From Perkinsela sp. CCAP 1560/9 (lineage: Eukaryota > Protista > Euglenozoa: Kinetoplastea): DNA of 64,000 nucleotides. Location of the stretch: assembly GCA_965644495.1 (NCBI GenBank), contig CBFFSA010000001.1:1116001-1180000 (forward strand), in the 5' to 3' direction. The notes beneath the pieces are model-generated. The model made no database searches. It had not been told where the DNA came from and saw only the letters and a program-made list of their open reading frames with translations. This document shows positions 23,983-35,198 of this stretch, one piece after another. The stretch's first letter is position 1, and every line of letters starts with the position of its first letter. The position numbers and the translations under genes are program-made.

Positions 23983-24843
23983 TCTTTTTTAGGCTCTTCG
24001 TTAAACACGGTGGTTGTTTTCAACTTAGAAGTCACTCATGCTGCGCGCTTCGTGTTGAAAACTACCGCCGCGTTTAACGAAGAGCCTAAAAAAGAAAATT
24101 TAGCCTGGAAAACGGAAAGATTATAGCCAAAAATAGCCGAATTTCGGGTAAAAATGGGGTCATTTTCGCATATTTTTGCTCTCAGAGCACTAAATCCGAC
24201 ATTTGCGCGTGGGAAATCACTCGCAGGCATGAGTGGAAGCCTACCGAACGTATTGGGTGGAGAATGCGACTCCAACCATACCATTCTTTCGACACAAAAA
24301 TACCCCTTTAGGTCCGAAAAATACTTTTTCACCTTTTTTAGTCAAAAATGGGTCATTTTGAGGGGCGCACCACGGTTAGAAGAAGTGATACCTTGCGGAA
24401 ACAACTGCGGAGAAAGCTAGTGTAGGTCCCAAGCTATCAAAATACAATAGGGGAAACGATTTTGGAAAAATATTTTTTTTGTCATATTTTTCGCCAAGTT
24501 GAATTTTTTTTCAAAAAATTTTTTCCGAAAAAATCCGAACTTGGCGGACCCGTCCTGCGGATACGCGGGGGGGTCCCCGGCTACCCCGCCTACCCTTTCT
24601 GCGGTTTTTTTTCGAAAACTAATTTTTTCGAAAAAATTTGCTCGACCATGATCCCCCCCCTGGACCCCCCCCATGGACCCCCCATTTTTTTCAAATTTTT
24701 TTTTCAGTTTTGGACCACCGGAGCCCCATTTTATATTTTTTTCTTCTATTATATTACTGTGTTCCTCTTTATATTTTCACTGTTTTTGTTCACTTTTTTT
24801 TCAATAATCGAGTGTAGAGCGGTAGTTTTACAACCACCGCAAT
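23983..24843 (-). mobile_element. Asymmetric-ended element (Helentron/HINE-like), copy B, reverse orientation
   Basis: Palindrome at 23983-24096 and family left end reversed at about 24705-24843. Confidence 0.7.
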
Positions 24844-24999
24844 AAAGTATTCCTTAGTGATTTCTTGCCTCAAACATAAATGGTTTTTTGTCTATAGAGC
24901 TTCATATCGGCGTTTGACGGCTCGGACGTTCAACAGAGGTTTGTTGACTGATCGAGGGTCGTGTAGCACGAACGTTTCGGGTTGGTTCGGAGGTAAGAT

Positions 25000-25510
25000 C
25001 AGGTGGCATCTGGGCCATAAGGTATTTCAGAAACCAAAGTCCCTGCAGTTTTTTCAAGTCGCGTACCTATGTATGTCACCAGTATTTTCTCGTGGCGCTA
25101 CATCTGCCAGCACTATTTCATTCCCTCAAGAATAATTCATTGTGTTAATTCGCTTATTATTATGCCAACGCCACAAGAAGAGTTAAAACCCTTATCCAAA
25201 CTGCGGCTTACCACATTATTATCAGATGCAATAATAACTAAACTTGGCTTCAAATCCATCGATTTGTTTGCTTCCAGTTCTAAGGCCAACGCTTCAGCGA
25301 CGTCGATTCCGTGATTTTCCGATATTGCGTATTCTAACTTGTTCATAATATTCGGACGTGCAACGGATATTTGTCAAGCTGCAACCCGTTTTGATGTGCA
25401 TCCGCAGCAAAGAAGATAGGCTTTTGAAAAAAATGTCTGACATAACCCTCTTGACCTTTGATCATTCCCTGCCATAGACCACCTGACGAGCGAAGTACCA
25501 GTCCGAAGGC
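25000..25510 (-). pseudogene. Second DIRS/TATE-type RNase H fragment
   Basis: IFFAADAH (about 25400), IDVAEALALE and IASDNNVV parallel the RNase H at 21857-22648; frameshifted. Confidence 0.6.
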
Positions 25511-25750
25511 CGAAAATGGTTGCCTATTTATTTATAGTTTTTGAAGTTTTTGAAGTACTTGTAGCATCAATATAGTACTATATTTTTTTTTGCTATAAAT
25601 AAAACTTTAAAAGTTTTTCGGACCCCTGTAACATATACTTTCTACTGAATATTCGTAAAGCGAATTCTGATATATTCCTTTTTCTAATACTCATACCAAC
25701 AGTACCTTGAATTGGTAATTTAATTTTTTTTCTACAAAGAAATTGACGTG

Positions 25751-25868
25751 ATCGGGATTTGAGGCTAAGTCAGGGGGGGGTTAAAAAATCGGTTCTCCCC
25801 CCTGACCTAGCCTCAAATCCCGATTTTTGCCCGTTTTTATGAGGCTAAGTCAGGGGGGTGTAACGGTA
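25751..25868. repeat. Long hairpin plus third arm copy, probably a transposon subterminal region
   Basis: ATCGGGATTTGAGGCTAAGTCAGGGGGG at 25751 inverted at about 25797-25823; GAGGCTAAGTCAGGGGG again at 25841. Confidence 0.75.
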
Positions 25869-25973
25869 TAAAAAAGTTTCCGCGAACCCTGGCTTTTTCC
25901 AATATTTAGTTATTGTGCCTAGAGCCAGTTATTGTGCAGGGGGCACAATAACCCGGAACACATTCATTATAAA

Positions 25974-26266
25974 TCCCCCACAGCGAAAAGTCACCCCCCT
26001 CTAACTTTTCAGCCAAGTGTCCATTTGAGCTGATTTTTGTTGTTTATCTGTTTTTTCTCATTTTTGTTGCAAACGAGAGGTCTCGTTCCCCTAGCGAGGA
26101 GCTGTGACGCCATTTTCATTGAATCCTTTTTATTTTTTATTTGTAAAGAGGTCTGAAAACAGCGGAAACGTACAGATCTCAAAATTTTGAACGAGAAAGT
26201 GGTATCGCAACCCCCCTAAGCCTCGCTGTACGAAAAAAAGAGGGGGATGACTATTCGCTATGGGGA
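25974..26266. mobile_element. MITE (~290 bp) related to the Tc1 element at 32878-34520
   Basis: About 27-bp imperfect TIR; internal blocks TAACTTTTCAGCCAA..GAGCTGATTTTTGTTG and ACGTACAGATCTCAAAATTTT shared with 32933 and 34141. Confidence 0.75.
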
Positions 26267-26269
26267 GCT

Positions 26270-26361
26270 TATTACTGTGTTCCTCTTTATATTTTCACTG
26301 TTATTGTTCACTTTTTTTTCAATAATCGAGGGTAGAGAGGTAGTTCTACAACCACCGCAAT
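26270..26361 (-). mobile_element. Isolated left end of the Helentron-like family
   Basis: Near-identical to 24750-24843. Confidence 0.7.
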
Positions 26362-26550
26362 TGTACATTTGTCTTACCACGAGAGATCTCTGACATCCCA
26401 CTGCGAGAAGTTAGTCAGATTCACCAGGGATTGCAGATCGTATAACTTTAAGACTTTCCACAACAACCCTCTCTAGTCTTGGGCGATAGTGTTTTAGGCA
26501 GCGCTCCACGAACCTGCCGTAGTCCAAAAATTGGAAGACGCTCTTACAAA

Positions 26551-26992
26551 GTAGACCGTAGTTGGTAGATGGTGGGCCTTACAACCTGCAGGTTGTTGGT
26601 TCGATTCCCGCTATCGACAAAACTTGCAACCTGGCGGCCTCACTACAAAGGGAAAGCGATCAGGAGTGCCTTCAAGGCCCACACTCAACCCCGCTCCCCT
26701 GGAGAACCGACCCGGAACCGCCGAGCTGAACCAGGCTCTAGCGCAGCCGCCAAATTGCGAGCTGCTTACGCAAAGGAGGCTTGAGACACAGCCTACACGA
26801 TGCAACGGGGTTGGACGCCCGTCCTGGTAGCTACGGTTGGGTAGCCGTGCTCGGGCCGCAAGGCGTCGAGTGCCGTCTGGGAAGGGGGTAGCAAGACGAT
26901 GAAGGTCGGTGGCCTGAGACTCTACCCTACCGGTTGGCGCTGCAGAGCCCTCCGTGTCTTCTTCTGTCTTCTTCTTATTCTTCTTCTTCTTA
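26551..26992 (+). mobile_element. tRNA-headed SINE-like insertion with (TTC)n tail and 9-bp TSD
   Basis: Decayed tRNA-like head (TAGTTGGTAG A-box, TTACA loop, GGTTCGATTCC B-box), (TTC)n at 26957-26992, TCTTACAAA at 26542 and 26988. Confidence 0.6.
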
Positions 26993-27214
26993 CAAAAGAC
27001 TCGTCGCATTTCGCTAATTTCATCCCGAGTGATATGCTTTTGTACTTTCGAATGCGAGATAACTAGGGGGGTAACGGTATTAACCCGGAGTATGGTTTAA
27101 TATTCATTAGATAAGTCTAACGTACTATGCTACTTTTTGCCTTAAATTAGTATCGTGAGTAATAGTTCGGAGAATACTGCCCTTTCCCCAACATAAATAT
27201 CACGAACTTACGGT

Positions 27215-29104
27215 TTGATACAATGCCCTATCAAGTGTAAATATGGTGCAGTAACTAAGATAGAAATGTTGAAAAATCGAAATGATCACGATCTTGATAC
27301 CTGTTTGCCTGAGCTTCCGATACCGCGTCCAAACATTGAATCGGCTTTTGAAATAATCAGAACTCTCGGCAGGGGGTCGTATGGGAGTGTTTATCTTGCT
27401 CGTTGTAAGAAGACAAACTCTCTTTTCGCGATAAAGAAAATACGAAATGCTTTTTTACTTCGTAGCAAACGTTTATCTGGATTTCCAACCTCCACTATTC
27501 GTGAGATTCGAATCTTGAAATTTCTTAACGGACTAAAGAAAACGTCAAACGTGTGGAATTCAACATTGATAGAGCTCAAAGGGGTTTTGTTCTCGCAAGA
27601 TATGCAATATACAGCTCTTGTGTTTGAGTACATGGAATACGATTTATATCGAGTACTCAGGAAAGCAAACGTGTTGCGCCAAGAGGTCGTAGCTTACTAT
27701 TTTCACCAACTATTGCAAGCGGTTTGTGTTTTGCATCACTGTCAAATTTTACATCGAGACATCAAAACTTCAAATATATTAATAAATAGAAGCGGTGAAT
27801 TGAAACTTTGTGACTTTAGTTTAGCCAGGGAATGGAGGAGCGCTTCTCGAATGTCAAGCGAATCTCGTCCATATTCTTCGTGTGATGACATGAAAAAAAC
27901 TGTAAATCGCGATTTAAAACTTACTCCCCGCGTAGCAACTTTATACTATAGGGCCCCCGAAGTTTACTTTGGAACATACAACGACTACAAGCAAGCTCCC
28001 GACATGTGGTCTCTTGGGTGTGTTTTGGCTGAAATGTTTTTATGTAGACCTCTATTTGAATGCGACGAGCTTCTGCGCAGTGTCCCACTTGACAAGGCAG
28101 AAGGGGTCTTCTTTGGATACGTGGGATCTCTGCTCGGGACCCCACCCTCTGAATTGGGTTGGGCCATTGATGGGTTAGCTTGCGACAAAGCCAGAGAAGG
28201 GGCTAAATCGAAAGAAAACGCGTTGACACGAACTCTTAAAAAGAAAAAGCATCATTCACTTGACTCATATCTTCTCCGCAATGCGCAAACTATCCCTTCT
28301 CCAGATGCTCTTGACATAATTAAAGTTTTGCTACAGTGGGATCCTCGAAGAAGGCCTACTACGCAGGAAATCCTGAATCACGCGTATTTTCAAGATACTC
28401 GATGGTGCGATCGCGAAAAAATACGGCAATCACTACAACATCAGTTCACGATGGATACACAATTGGATGCTGACGGTGCTGGTGAAGAAATGACTTTTTA
28501 CAAAAGCTATGAAAAAAGCGGCTTCAGCACACGCAGTTCAACTACTTTTCAGAAACTGCGTGAGCAAAAGATGTATTCCGCTGGGTCAAATGATCGTTCG
28601 TTAGACAGTTCTGTGCGCTCAGATTTTTCGTTCGGAAAAGCAAAAATATCGATTGGAAATCAAGATGGTTCAAGCACGCTTCTTGGACAGAACCCAACTC
28701 GGTCATCTCAAATAAAAAAGGCATTATCAAGTCAAAGCTTGTCGACTGTAGATTCTGAACAGCGACAAGACATCCGCTTAAGTACAACGCACAATTCGGG
28801 GACAAGCTTATCTACGAGGCAAGAAACGCTAAAACGCCCTAAGGGACAGCGCATTCGATTCAAACCACTTGCTTCTCACAGTTCCTTGTCCGAAAAAAGT
28901 GAACATAAACGTTCGGCTTCTCTTGAGTCAAAAACACATTCAGAGTGCGTTGATCCTATTAGCGAACTTCGAGGTTTGGGTGATTCCGTGGGAAAACACG
29001 CCTTATTGGATGTTCGATCCGGTAGAAACCTAGACACCCATAATAAATTAAACATCAAAGCAAAATCAGGAAAATTAAAGATTATTCTCCGTAAAGAAAA
29101 TTGA
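27215..29104 (+). CDS. Cyclin-dependent kinase-like (CMGC/CRK) with long Ser-rich C-terminal tail
   Basis: GRGSYGSV, AIKK, GFPTSTIRE cyclin-binding helix, HRDIKTSN, DFS (for DFG), TLYYRAPE; first ATG at 27266. Confidence 0.9.
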   Translation: MIQCPIKCKYGAVTKIEMLKNRNDHDLDTCLPELPIPRPNIESAFEIIRTLGRGSYGSVYLARCKKTNSLFAIKKIRNAFLLRSKRLSGFPTSTIREIRILKFLNGLKKTSNVWNSTLIELKGVLFSQDMQYTALVFEYMEYDLYRVLRKANVLRQEVVAYYFHQLLQAVCVLHHCQILHRDIKTSNILINRSGELKLCDFSLAREWRSASRMSSESRPYSSCDDMKKTVNRDLKLTPRVATLYYRAPEVYFGTYNDYKQAPDMWSLGCVLAEMFLCRPLFECDELLRSVPLDKAEGVFFGYVGSLLGTPPSELGWAIDGLACDKAREGAKSKENALTRTLKKKKHHSLDSYLLRNAQTIPSPDALDIIKVLLQWDPRRRPTTQEILNHAYFQDTRWCDREKIRQSLQHQFTMDTQLDADGAGEEMTFYKSYEKSGFSTRSSTTFQKLREQKMYSAGSNDRSLDSSVRSDFSFGKAKISIGNQDGSSTLLGQNPTRSSQIKKALSSQSLSTVDSEQRQDIRLSTTHNSGTSLSTRQETLKRPKGQRIRFKPLASHSSLSEKSEHKRSASLESKTHSECVDPISELRGLGDSVGKHALLDVRSGRNLDTHNKLNIKAKSGKLKIILRKEN

Positions 29105-29358
29105 AAGGGACATCTCGACTCTTGACATGACAGAGTCTTGCGATGCATCAAAAATAATTTGGTGCTGTTGCTAATCTTGAAATAATATTGTCTGAGTCTA
29201 ACTCATTGAGCTTTTACTGTCATCTACTATTGTTTTGTTATGGTAAATTATTTTTATTATTGGATGGATGTGATACATGTTAGATTTGTTCTTATTTTAC
29301 ATTTTGACCAAAGACTATTATAGTGACTGTTACTACTACTACTACTGCTCCTAAATTT

Positions 29359-30192
29359 ATGTATGAGATTGTACGGAGGTTAATTATCGGTGCGAGTGCT
29401 GGTACAATGATGACCGTTGGTGCTCTCGAATATACTCAATTCTCAAAAATATGGAAAAAGCGTCGTGAAATTCAAAATCAAATTGACGAAGTGAGCAATG
29501 CAATACAAGACGATGAACAAAGATTCAAAGAAAAAGACAAGGTCCTTGAACATGAAATAGAAGATGCAACCTTGCGCTTACAAAGTATTGAATCTCTTTG
29601 GACTGAGCGTCTTCGTAGATTCGACAGGTCTCTTTCTGATACGATGTATCTCCGACAAAACTTTTCAACGATACTGAATTCTATGGATCAATTAGCCGCG
29701 AGATATAAACAAACTTTACCAGCCATTCAACGCATACAAGAGCAAAATTTTACGGACAGTAGGGTTCATCTCTTGTTTACGCTGGTTAGAAATCTGAAGA
29801 AGCAGTGTAATGTTGTAGGGAGCAAGGAATGGACTCTCAAGGATTCACCAGGGCTTGAATCTACTAGTGAGCACGCGGAGAGAAAAGCTTCGAACTCTCC
29901 CCGTGACGGCAAGTATCTTCAGGTTGACGAAAGGTCTCAGTCTCAGTCTGCGGAATCTCTCGAGAAGGCTCGGAAGTACCTTGTTTTGCTCTCTACTCTT
30001 TTTAGCGGCGAACCTCTTATTCAGGAGGTTTGTGGTGCGCTATTGTTAAATACTTCGGAGAAAGATTCTTCTCCTTGCTTATCACCTGTATTTTTGGAGA
30101 GCCATACAGCACGAAGCATCTCAATGAATTCTCTGCAAAGTTTTGCAGATGGCATGCACCTAGCTCTTCTTGATTTGAAAACGAGCGTGTGA
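29359..30192 (+). CDS. Hypothetical coiled-coil protein with N-terminal TM segment (possibly mitochondrial inner membrane)
   Basis: RRLIIGASAGTMMTVGAL followed by a long heptad-rich region. Confidence 0.6.
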   Translation: MYEIVRRLIIGASAGTMMTVGALEYTQFSKIWKKRREIQNQIDEVSNAIQDDEQRFKEKDKVLEHEIEDATLRLQSIESLWTERLRRFDRSLSDTMYLRQNFSTILNSMDQLAARYKQTLPAIQRIQEQNFTDSRVHLLFTLVRNLKKQCNVVGSKEWTLKDSPGLESTSEHAERKASNSPRDGKYLQVDERSQSQSAESLEKARKYLVLLSTLFSGEPLIQEVCGALLLNTSEKDSSPCLSPVFLESHTARSISMNSLQSFADGMHLALLDLKTSV

Positions 30193-30446
30193 CTTCAGAT
30201 GAAATATCATCAGAAGCATCACTACCTTTTTTTCTTATAGCATTTTTTGCTCCTCTGAATAGTTTTCAACAAAAAAATCAACTATTTTGAAGATTTTAAA
30301 GTCAACACTCAACATTACGTACATAACTTATACTATACACCAGTCTTTTAGTGGTGAAGTCAAATTAATTATTAATTCTTCAACGTGTACTCAAAAATGT
30401 AAACCTTTTTCGTTTGAATCAAACTTAGAAGCACAGTTATTCTAGA

Positions 30447-31895
30447 ATGCGGTTTGCACTTCGGTATGGAATATTCGGCTTCACCACTCACACTGCTACC
30501 CACGTTTCTGCATTGTTGCGTCTTGGCCACTGTATCGAGGCTGTCGGTGAGCACGATTTTGAAAACAGTCATGGTACCTCAGGCCTTTCATTCCATGCTT
30601 TGCGATGCATATCCTCATTGTCTTTGCCCCTTACTCGACTACGTATTTTTTCTTCTGTTCGCGAAATGCTCTACGGAAGTCGAATCGACGCTTTGCTCTT
30701 AGGATCAAACGAAACATTGAAAGACTTAGCTGAATGTGTAAATTTTGAAACGAGTCATAGCCTGTCAACCCAATGTGATGAAAATTATTCAGAAAATTGC
30801 AGCAAATCCGGAATCATTCATCCCAGAGCTCCACTACGCGTTCTTGTCGATGTAAAAGCAATCGATTTGAAGGATATGGGTCCAATGTTCTGTCTCGGTC
30901 TGCAACTGAGAAAAGGATTTCGTCAAACACATGGTCCGAAAGTAACTCCAGTGCCGGAAGATGCGTCGATTGGTAGCAGTTCGATCCGCTTTCATTCTAC
31001 GCTTCATGCACCATATGATCCTTCTTTACAGTATGGGTCGCTTCTTTCTTCGAAAATTGCAGGTACAGGGCGTTTCTTTCAGTTTATTTATACCACTACA
31101 CTAACGCTTCCATCGTGTGTAGCAGAGAATCAAAGTCGAGTCACTGAAATCGTACAGGAAAATCGCGTTGAAGGGACATGCTTCCCATTCCTGCAAATGG
31201 CATCTTTCCTTCATCATTTCTTTCATCGTCACGACCCAATCTCCTCACTTTCATGCATTACGAATCATACTTTGAATAGTGCTTCTCCCCAAATCGCGTT
31301 ACCAGTGGACAATTTTCCTGATTTGTGTGATAACTCCGCCGGTTCTGATATAAATCATAATACACCAATAAGTTTTTTGGTTACTACCGAGTCCAACCTA
31401 CAAGGAATTTTAACGCTCGTTCCTGGCTATGGATTCGAAAATCTCAGTGCGAAGTTTTTCTGCCAGAATGGCACTGTGCATGTGTCCCCTTTTCGAGGCT
31501 ACCCTGCCCCTGTGGAGGTAAACTACTACATGTTTGGTAGCGCCCAGCGCCGCCATCCGATATCAAAGACTTTCATGGAGCTCATGGATTACACCACTGA
31601 CGTGAAAAACTCCAATAACTTAGATTTGAGATGGGGAAATACAATTTACATAATGCATCGCACTGAACACCGACTGTTGGAGTCGTATACCGCTTTAAAA
31701 AATTTTAGTGAGCTGTTAGAGGTTTGCATACTTGCTTCTGTATTGCGTCGTGTATGCGTACAACGCAGAACAATTTTACTTCCTCAATTGATGGATATAA
31801 AGACTCGTTCGCCATATTGGTTTCATCATCTTGAATTCTACTGGAAATGGTGTTGGGAGCAAGGGTTTTGCCTAAGCAAGCCGTCAACTGAATAA
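30447..31895 (+). CDS. Hypothetical protein, possibly a divergent Gfo/Idh/MocA-like Rossmann-fold oxidoreductase
   Basis: 482-aa ORF; LRYGIFG start and IDALLL strand resemble the family, but the nucleotide-binding glycine motif is degenerate. Confidence 0.55.
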   Translation: MRFALRYGIFGFTTHTATHVSALLRLGHCIEAVGEHDFENSHGTSGLSFHALRCISSLSLPLTRLRIFSSVREMLYGSRIDALLLGSNETLKDLAECVNFETSHSLSTQCDENYSENCSKSGIIHPRAPLRVLVDVKAIDLKDMGPMFCLGLQLRKGFRQTHGPKVTPVPEDASIGSSSIRFHSTLHAPYDPSLQYGSLLSSKIAGTGRFFQFIYTTTLTLPSCVAENQSRVTEIVQENRVEGTCFPFLQMASFLHHFFHRHDPISSLSCITNHTLNSASPQIALPVDNFPDLCDNSAGSDINHNTPISFLVTTESNLQGILTLVPGYGFENLSAKFFCQNGTVHVSPFRGYPAPVEVNYYMFGSAQRRHPISKTFMELMDYTTDVKNSNNLDLRWGNTIYIMHRTEHRLLESYTALKNFSELLEVCILASVLRRVCVQRRTILLPQLMDIKTRSPYWFHHLEFYWKWCWEQGFCLSKPSTE

Positions 31896-32266
31896 TCCGC
31901 TTCTTTGTTAATTTTCTTTATGTTTAAATATGATTCACCATGCACCAATATAACTAATAAAATATAAGACAAATGGGAAGAGCGTAATTTAGGTAGTCTA
32001 ATAATTTCACTTTTTCCCTTCTTTGTTTAGTCTTTCTTGCATTTAGGTCATGGAAGTGTAAGTAATTTTGTGCAGCAATTCAAAATATGTTATATTTCTT
32101 ATATCACTTTGATAGGTTCTAGTTATTCTTGCCGCTACGTAACATTACTAGCCTTTCGTAAGGAAGTACTCTTTTTCTTTTTCTTTCTAGTAATTTCTTC
32201 TCTCTATACCGAACTTTTTTCTTGCAAATAGTACAAGTATTATCCCACGGTTATATGGTCAATAAT

Positions 32267-32873
32267 ATTGCGGTGGTTGTAAAACTACCGCTCTACACTC
32301 GATTATTGAAAAAAACGTGAACAAAAACAGTGAAAATATAAAGAGAAACACAGTAATATAATAGAAGAAAAAAATATAAAATGGGGCTCCGGTGGTCCAA
32401 AACTGAAAACAAATTGAAAAAAATATCCACATGTACACATGTGTACGCTTACTATACGCCCCATGAGGGCTAAAGAAGTCCTCATAATAATTATTAATAA
32501 TTCACCTTCTTATAATAATAAAAATTATTAATAATTTCTATTACAAAAATTATTACTGCTGCTGTGCCTAAAACGTATTTTAAGAGTTTTGGACCTCTAC
32601 TGCCATTCTACGACGTTTGTTTCGACAGATTCGCCTCCTGCCCCTACTGGTAAGGCATCAAAAACGGCCCAAATTAGCGTTAAAATTTCGCAATTTTTGT
32701 CGAAAAATCGAGGTTTTTCATCCAAAAAACCAGATTATACATGACCTTTTGGCGATTTTTCTTTTTTGGGCTCTTCATTAAACGCGGAGGTAGTTTTCAA
32801 CGCGAAGCGCGCAGCATGAGTGATTTCTAAGTTGAAAACGACCACCGCGTTTAGCGAAGAGCCTAAAAAAGAA
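32267..32873 (+). mobile_element. Asymmetric-ended element (Helentron/HINE-like), copy C, ~600 bp
   Basis: Left end ATTGCGGTGGTTGTAAAACTACCGC; right palindrome at about 32760-32873. Confidence 0.72.
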
Positions 32874-32877
32874 TTTA

Positions 32878-34520
32878 CTGTACCCCCCCCCCCTGTTTAT
32901 AAACCCCTCCGTACCAATAAGGCACCCACCCTTAACTTTTCAGCCAAATGTCCGTTTGAGCTGATTTTTGTTGCATTTTGCAGATCTCAACGCACAGACT
33001 TTGCGCGCGAAAAAATGAGACAAAAAGAAACGAATACGTATATTTTAGAAAGAGATTACCATTTTGTCACCTTTTCTCCGTTACTCGCCACACAAGCTTT
33101 GAGGCGAGCATCGAAGCTCAAAACCGAATCATCAATATAATCTTGAGGCAATTTACGCCAAGCTTTACGTACGCTTTTTATGAGATCTTCTTTCTTTGCA
33201 GGATTGTATTCATCTACAAGATTTTGTACCATGCTCCACACGTTTTCTATTGGTGAGAGATCGGGGTAGTTGGGCGGCCAATTTTTCAATAATTTCATTT
33301 TGCTGTCCTCAAGGTACGCTTTTGTTTCCTTGGCAGTGTGAGGTGTTGCCCCATCTTGCTGAAAAATACAGTTTGGGGGGAATGATACTTTTTTTAATGT
33401 TTTAATGTACGAAACATATGTATTTGAGTTGGTGGGGAGAATAACAAGGTGTCTATAGCCTACTCCCACGGCTCCCCACACATGACATTTGGGTGCCCAA
33501 CGCACTCTTTGCCGCTTCACAGGCTTTTGGCCGGGAGCTACCCACATTTTTGATCGATGATCATTCGTATCAAATATTTTCTCATCAGTGAAAACTAAAA
33601 GAGAGGTGTCCCACTTTAACTTTTCCCAATTTTTAGCAAACAACACCCTTTTGTTTTTCTGCACCTCTGTCAGTCCTTGAGATAAAGGCCGTAACCCATA
33701 TGTGTAGCCGTTCAGACACCGTTAATATCTCTATTAACGGTGTCTGAAGATTCATTTATACCCTTTCTCTTCAATTTACCGCGAATCTTGCGAGCAGACC
33801 CATTTATGGGGACCCCCGCTCGGTCTAAAGGTTCAATAGTATCTTTAACGAGGCTTCTCCGTTTTTTGGTTCTTTTTTTTATTTCAGGGCTCAGAGAATA
33901 AATATTTTCCGGCGATTTTTTTTCAAATATTTTCGAATATGCTTCACATTGACATTAAACTCGCGGTCTAGTTGCCTTATCGCAACCCCTTGGCCAAGCC
34001 TCATGCGTAATAACACTTTTCCACTTTCTGTAAGACCACCCCTGGGGAGTCGATACGTATTTTTTGGCATGAAAAGTGAAAAAAAATTAGAAACAAATTC
34101 AACTTTTTTTATTTTTCGAAATGACCTAAAGACAACGGGAACGTACAGATCTCAAAATTTTGCACGATAAAGTGGTGCGATAACCCCCCTAGCCCCCCTC
34201 ATGCGAAAAATAAGGGTGGGTGCCTTTTTGATGCGGAGGGGTTTAATAGCCTCGACCTCTCCCCGCGGAAGAGTTTTTTATTTTTCTTGCACCATCTTAA
34301 ATATTTTGATATTTATTTTCACATGGTTCTTCGAGGTGTGGCGCGGGTTCGTGCTGGACATTTTACTTTGGCAGAGCGCAGGGGCCCACTTAGCGATTAA
34401 ATAATTCCTGGTTCCTCGCTCCCAAATGTAGGGCAATTTCTGTGCCGACTTTTAATCGCCCTCCCCCCTTTATAGGTTCATTTGGGCAAAAGCGAGGCTA
34501 TTATAAACGGGGGGGTACAG
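32878..34520 (-). mobile_element. Tc1/mariner DNA transposon with frameshifted DD34E transposase (33056-34070)
   Basis: TA-CTGTACCCCCCC..GTTTATAA ends on both sides; VFTDEK, FQQDGATPH, WPPNYPDLSPIENVW. Confidence 0.88.
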
Positions 34521-34601
34521 TACAAATATTATTTATCCAAAACTTTAGCGGTCGTGGGGTTCAGGGGTCAACAGAAAAAAGCTTTATTAATACGGTTTTT
34601 T

Positions 34602-34987
34602 GGTGAAAGGGAATCGGTTTTGCGCCAAAAGATAAAAATTTTCGAAAAAGAGTCATAATTATTCTAAAGAACAATTTTGAAGATAATACATCAGTTTTTC
34701 TGATACTTTTCCACCTTTTTGGCTACTTTGGACATAAATTGTCGGCATTGCACTGATTTTTCTTGTACCGACAACTGGTCATACACAGTTTTGGGAGCGA
34801 TAAGCGAAAGGGACATTATTCAATGGCTATTGGACCACAAGCTTGTATACCAACGTGTAGAGTGTGCTAAAAGCTTTGAGCCATGAGTAAAATAGAACAT
34901 TCAATTAGTGATGGAAAAGAAGAAAAAGTAAGACTTCTTGGCAATTTTTTAGATAGTTTTTTGGCGCAAAACCGGTTCCCTTTAACC
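34602..34987. mobile_element. MITE (~385 bp), TIR AAAGGGAAYCGGTTTTGCGCCAAAA
   Basis: About 25-29 bp inverted repeat; right end CCCT-TTAA is Kolobok-like but the left lacks TTAA. Confidence 0.65.
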
Positions 34988-35198
34988 GGTTTTTTAAAAG
35001 GGGTTTGGTTTTGATGTTCGCGAGAACCATGAAAATTAAATTACGTTTTGTTTTAACTTTTGGTGTTGGTTATTTGTGGTTCTTCTACAATCAAAATTGT
35101 AATGTACACATCTACATCACGAAATACATTTATTGAGTTAGAAATAAGGTTCCTTAAATTATTAAAAAATTAAATCGTTTTTTTAATTTTTTAAATAA

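Larger units (their letters stand above)
23832..25628. mobile_element. TIR element (CAGGGGTCCGAAAAACTT) enclosing other inserts
   Basis: Perfect 18-bp inverted repeat at 23832-23849 and 25611-25628; TA only on the right side. Confidence 0.55.

Noticed and set aside
26551-26618. Functional tRNA-Val(TAC)
   Set aside because: The acceptor 5' strand is missing and the stems are mismatched; treated as a SINE-like head instead.
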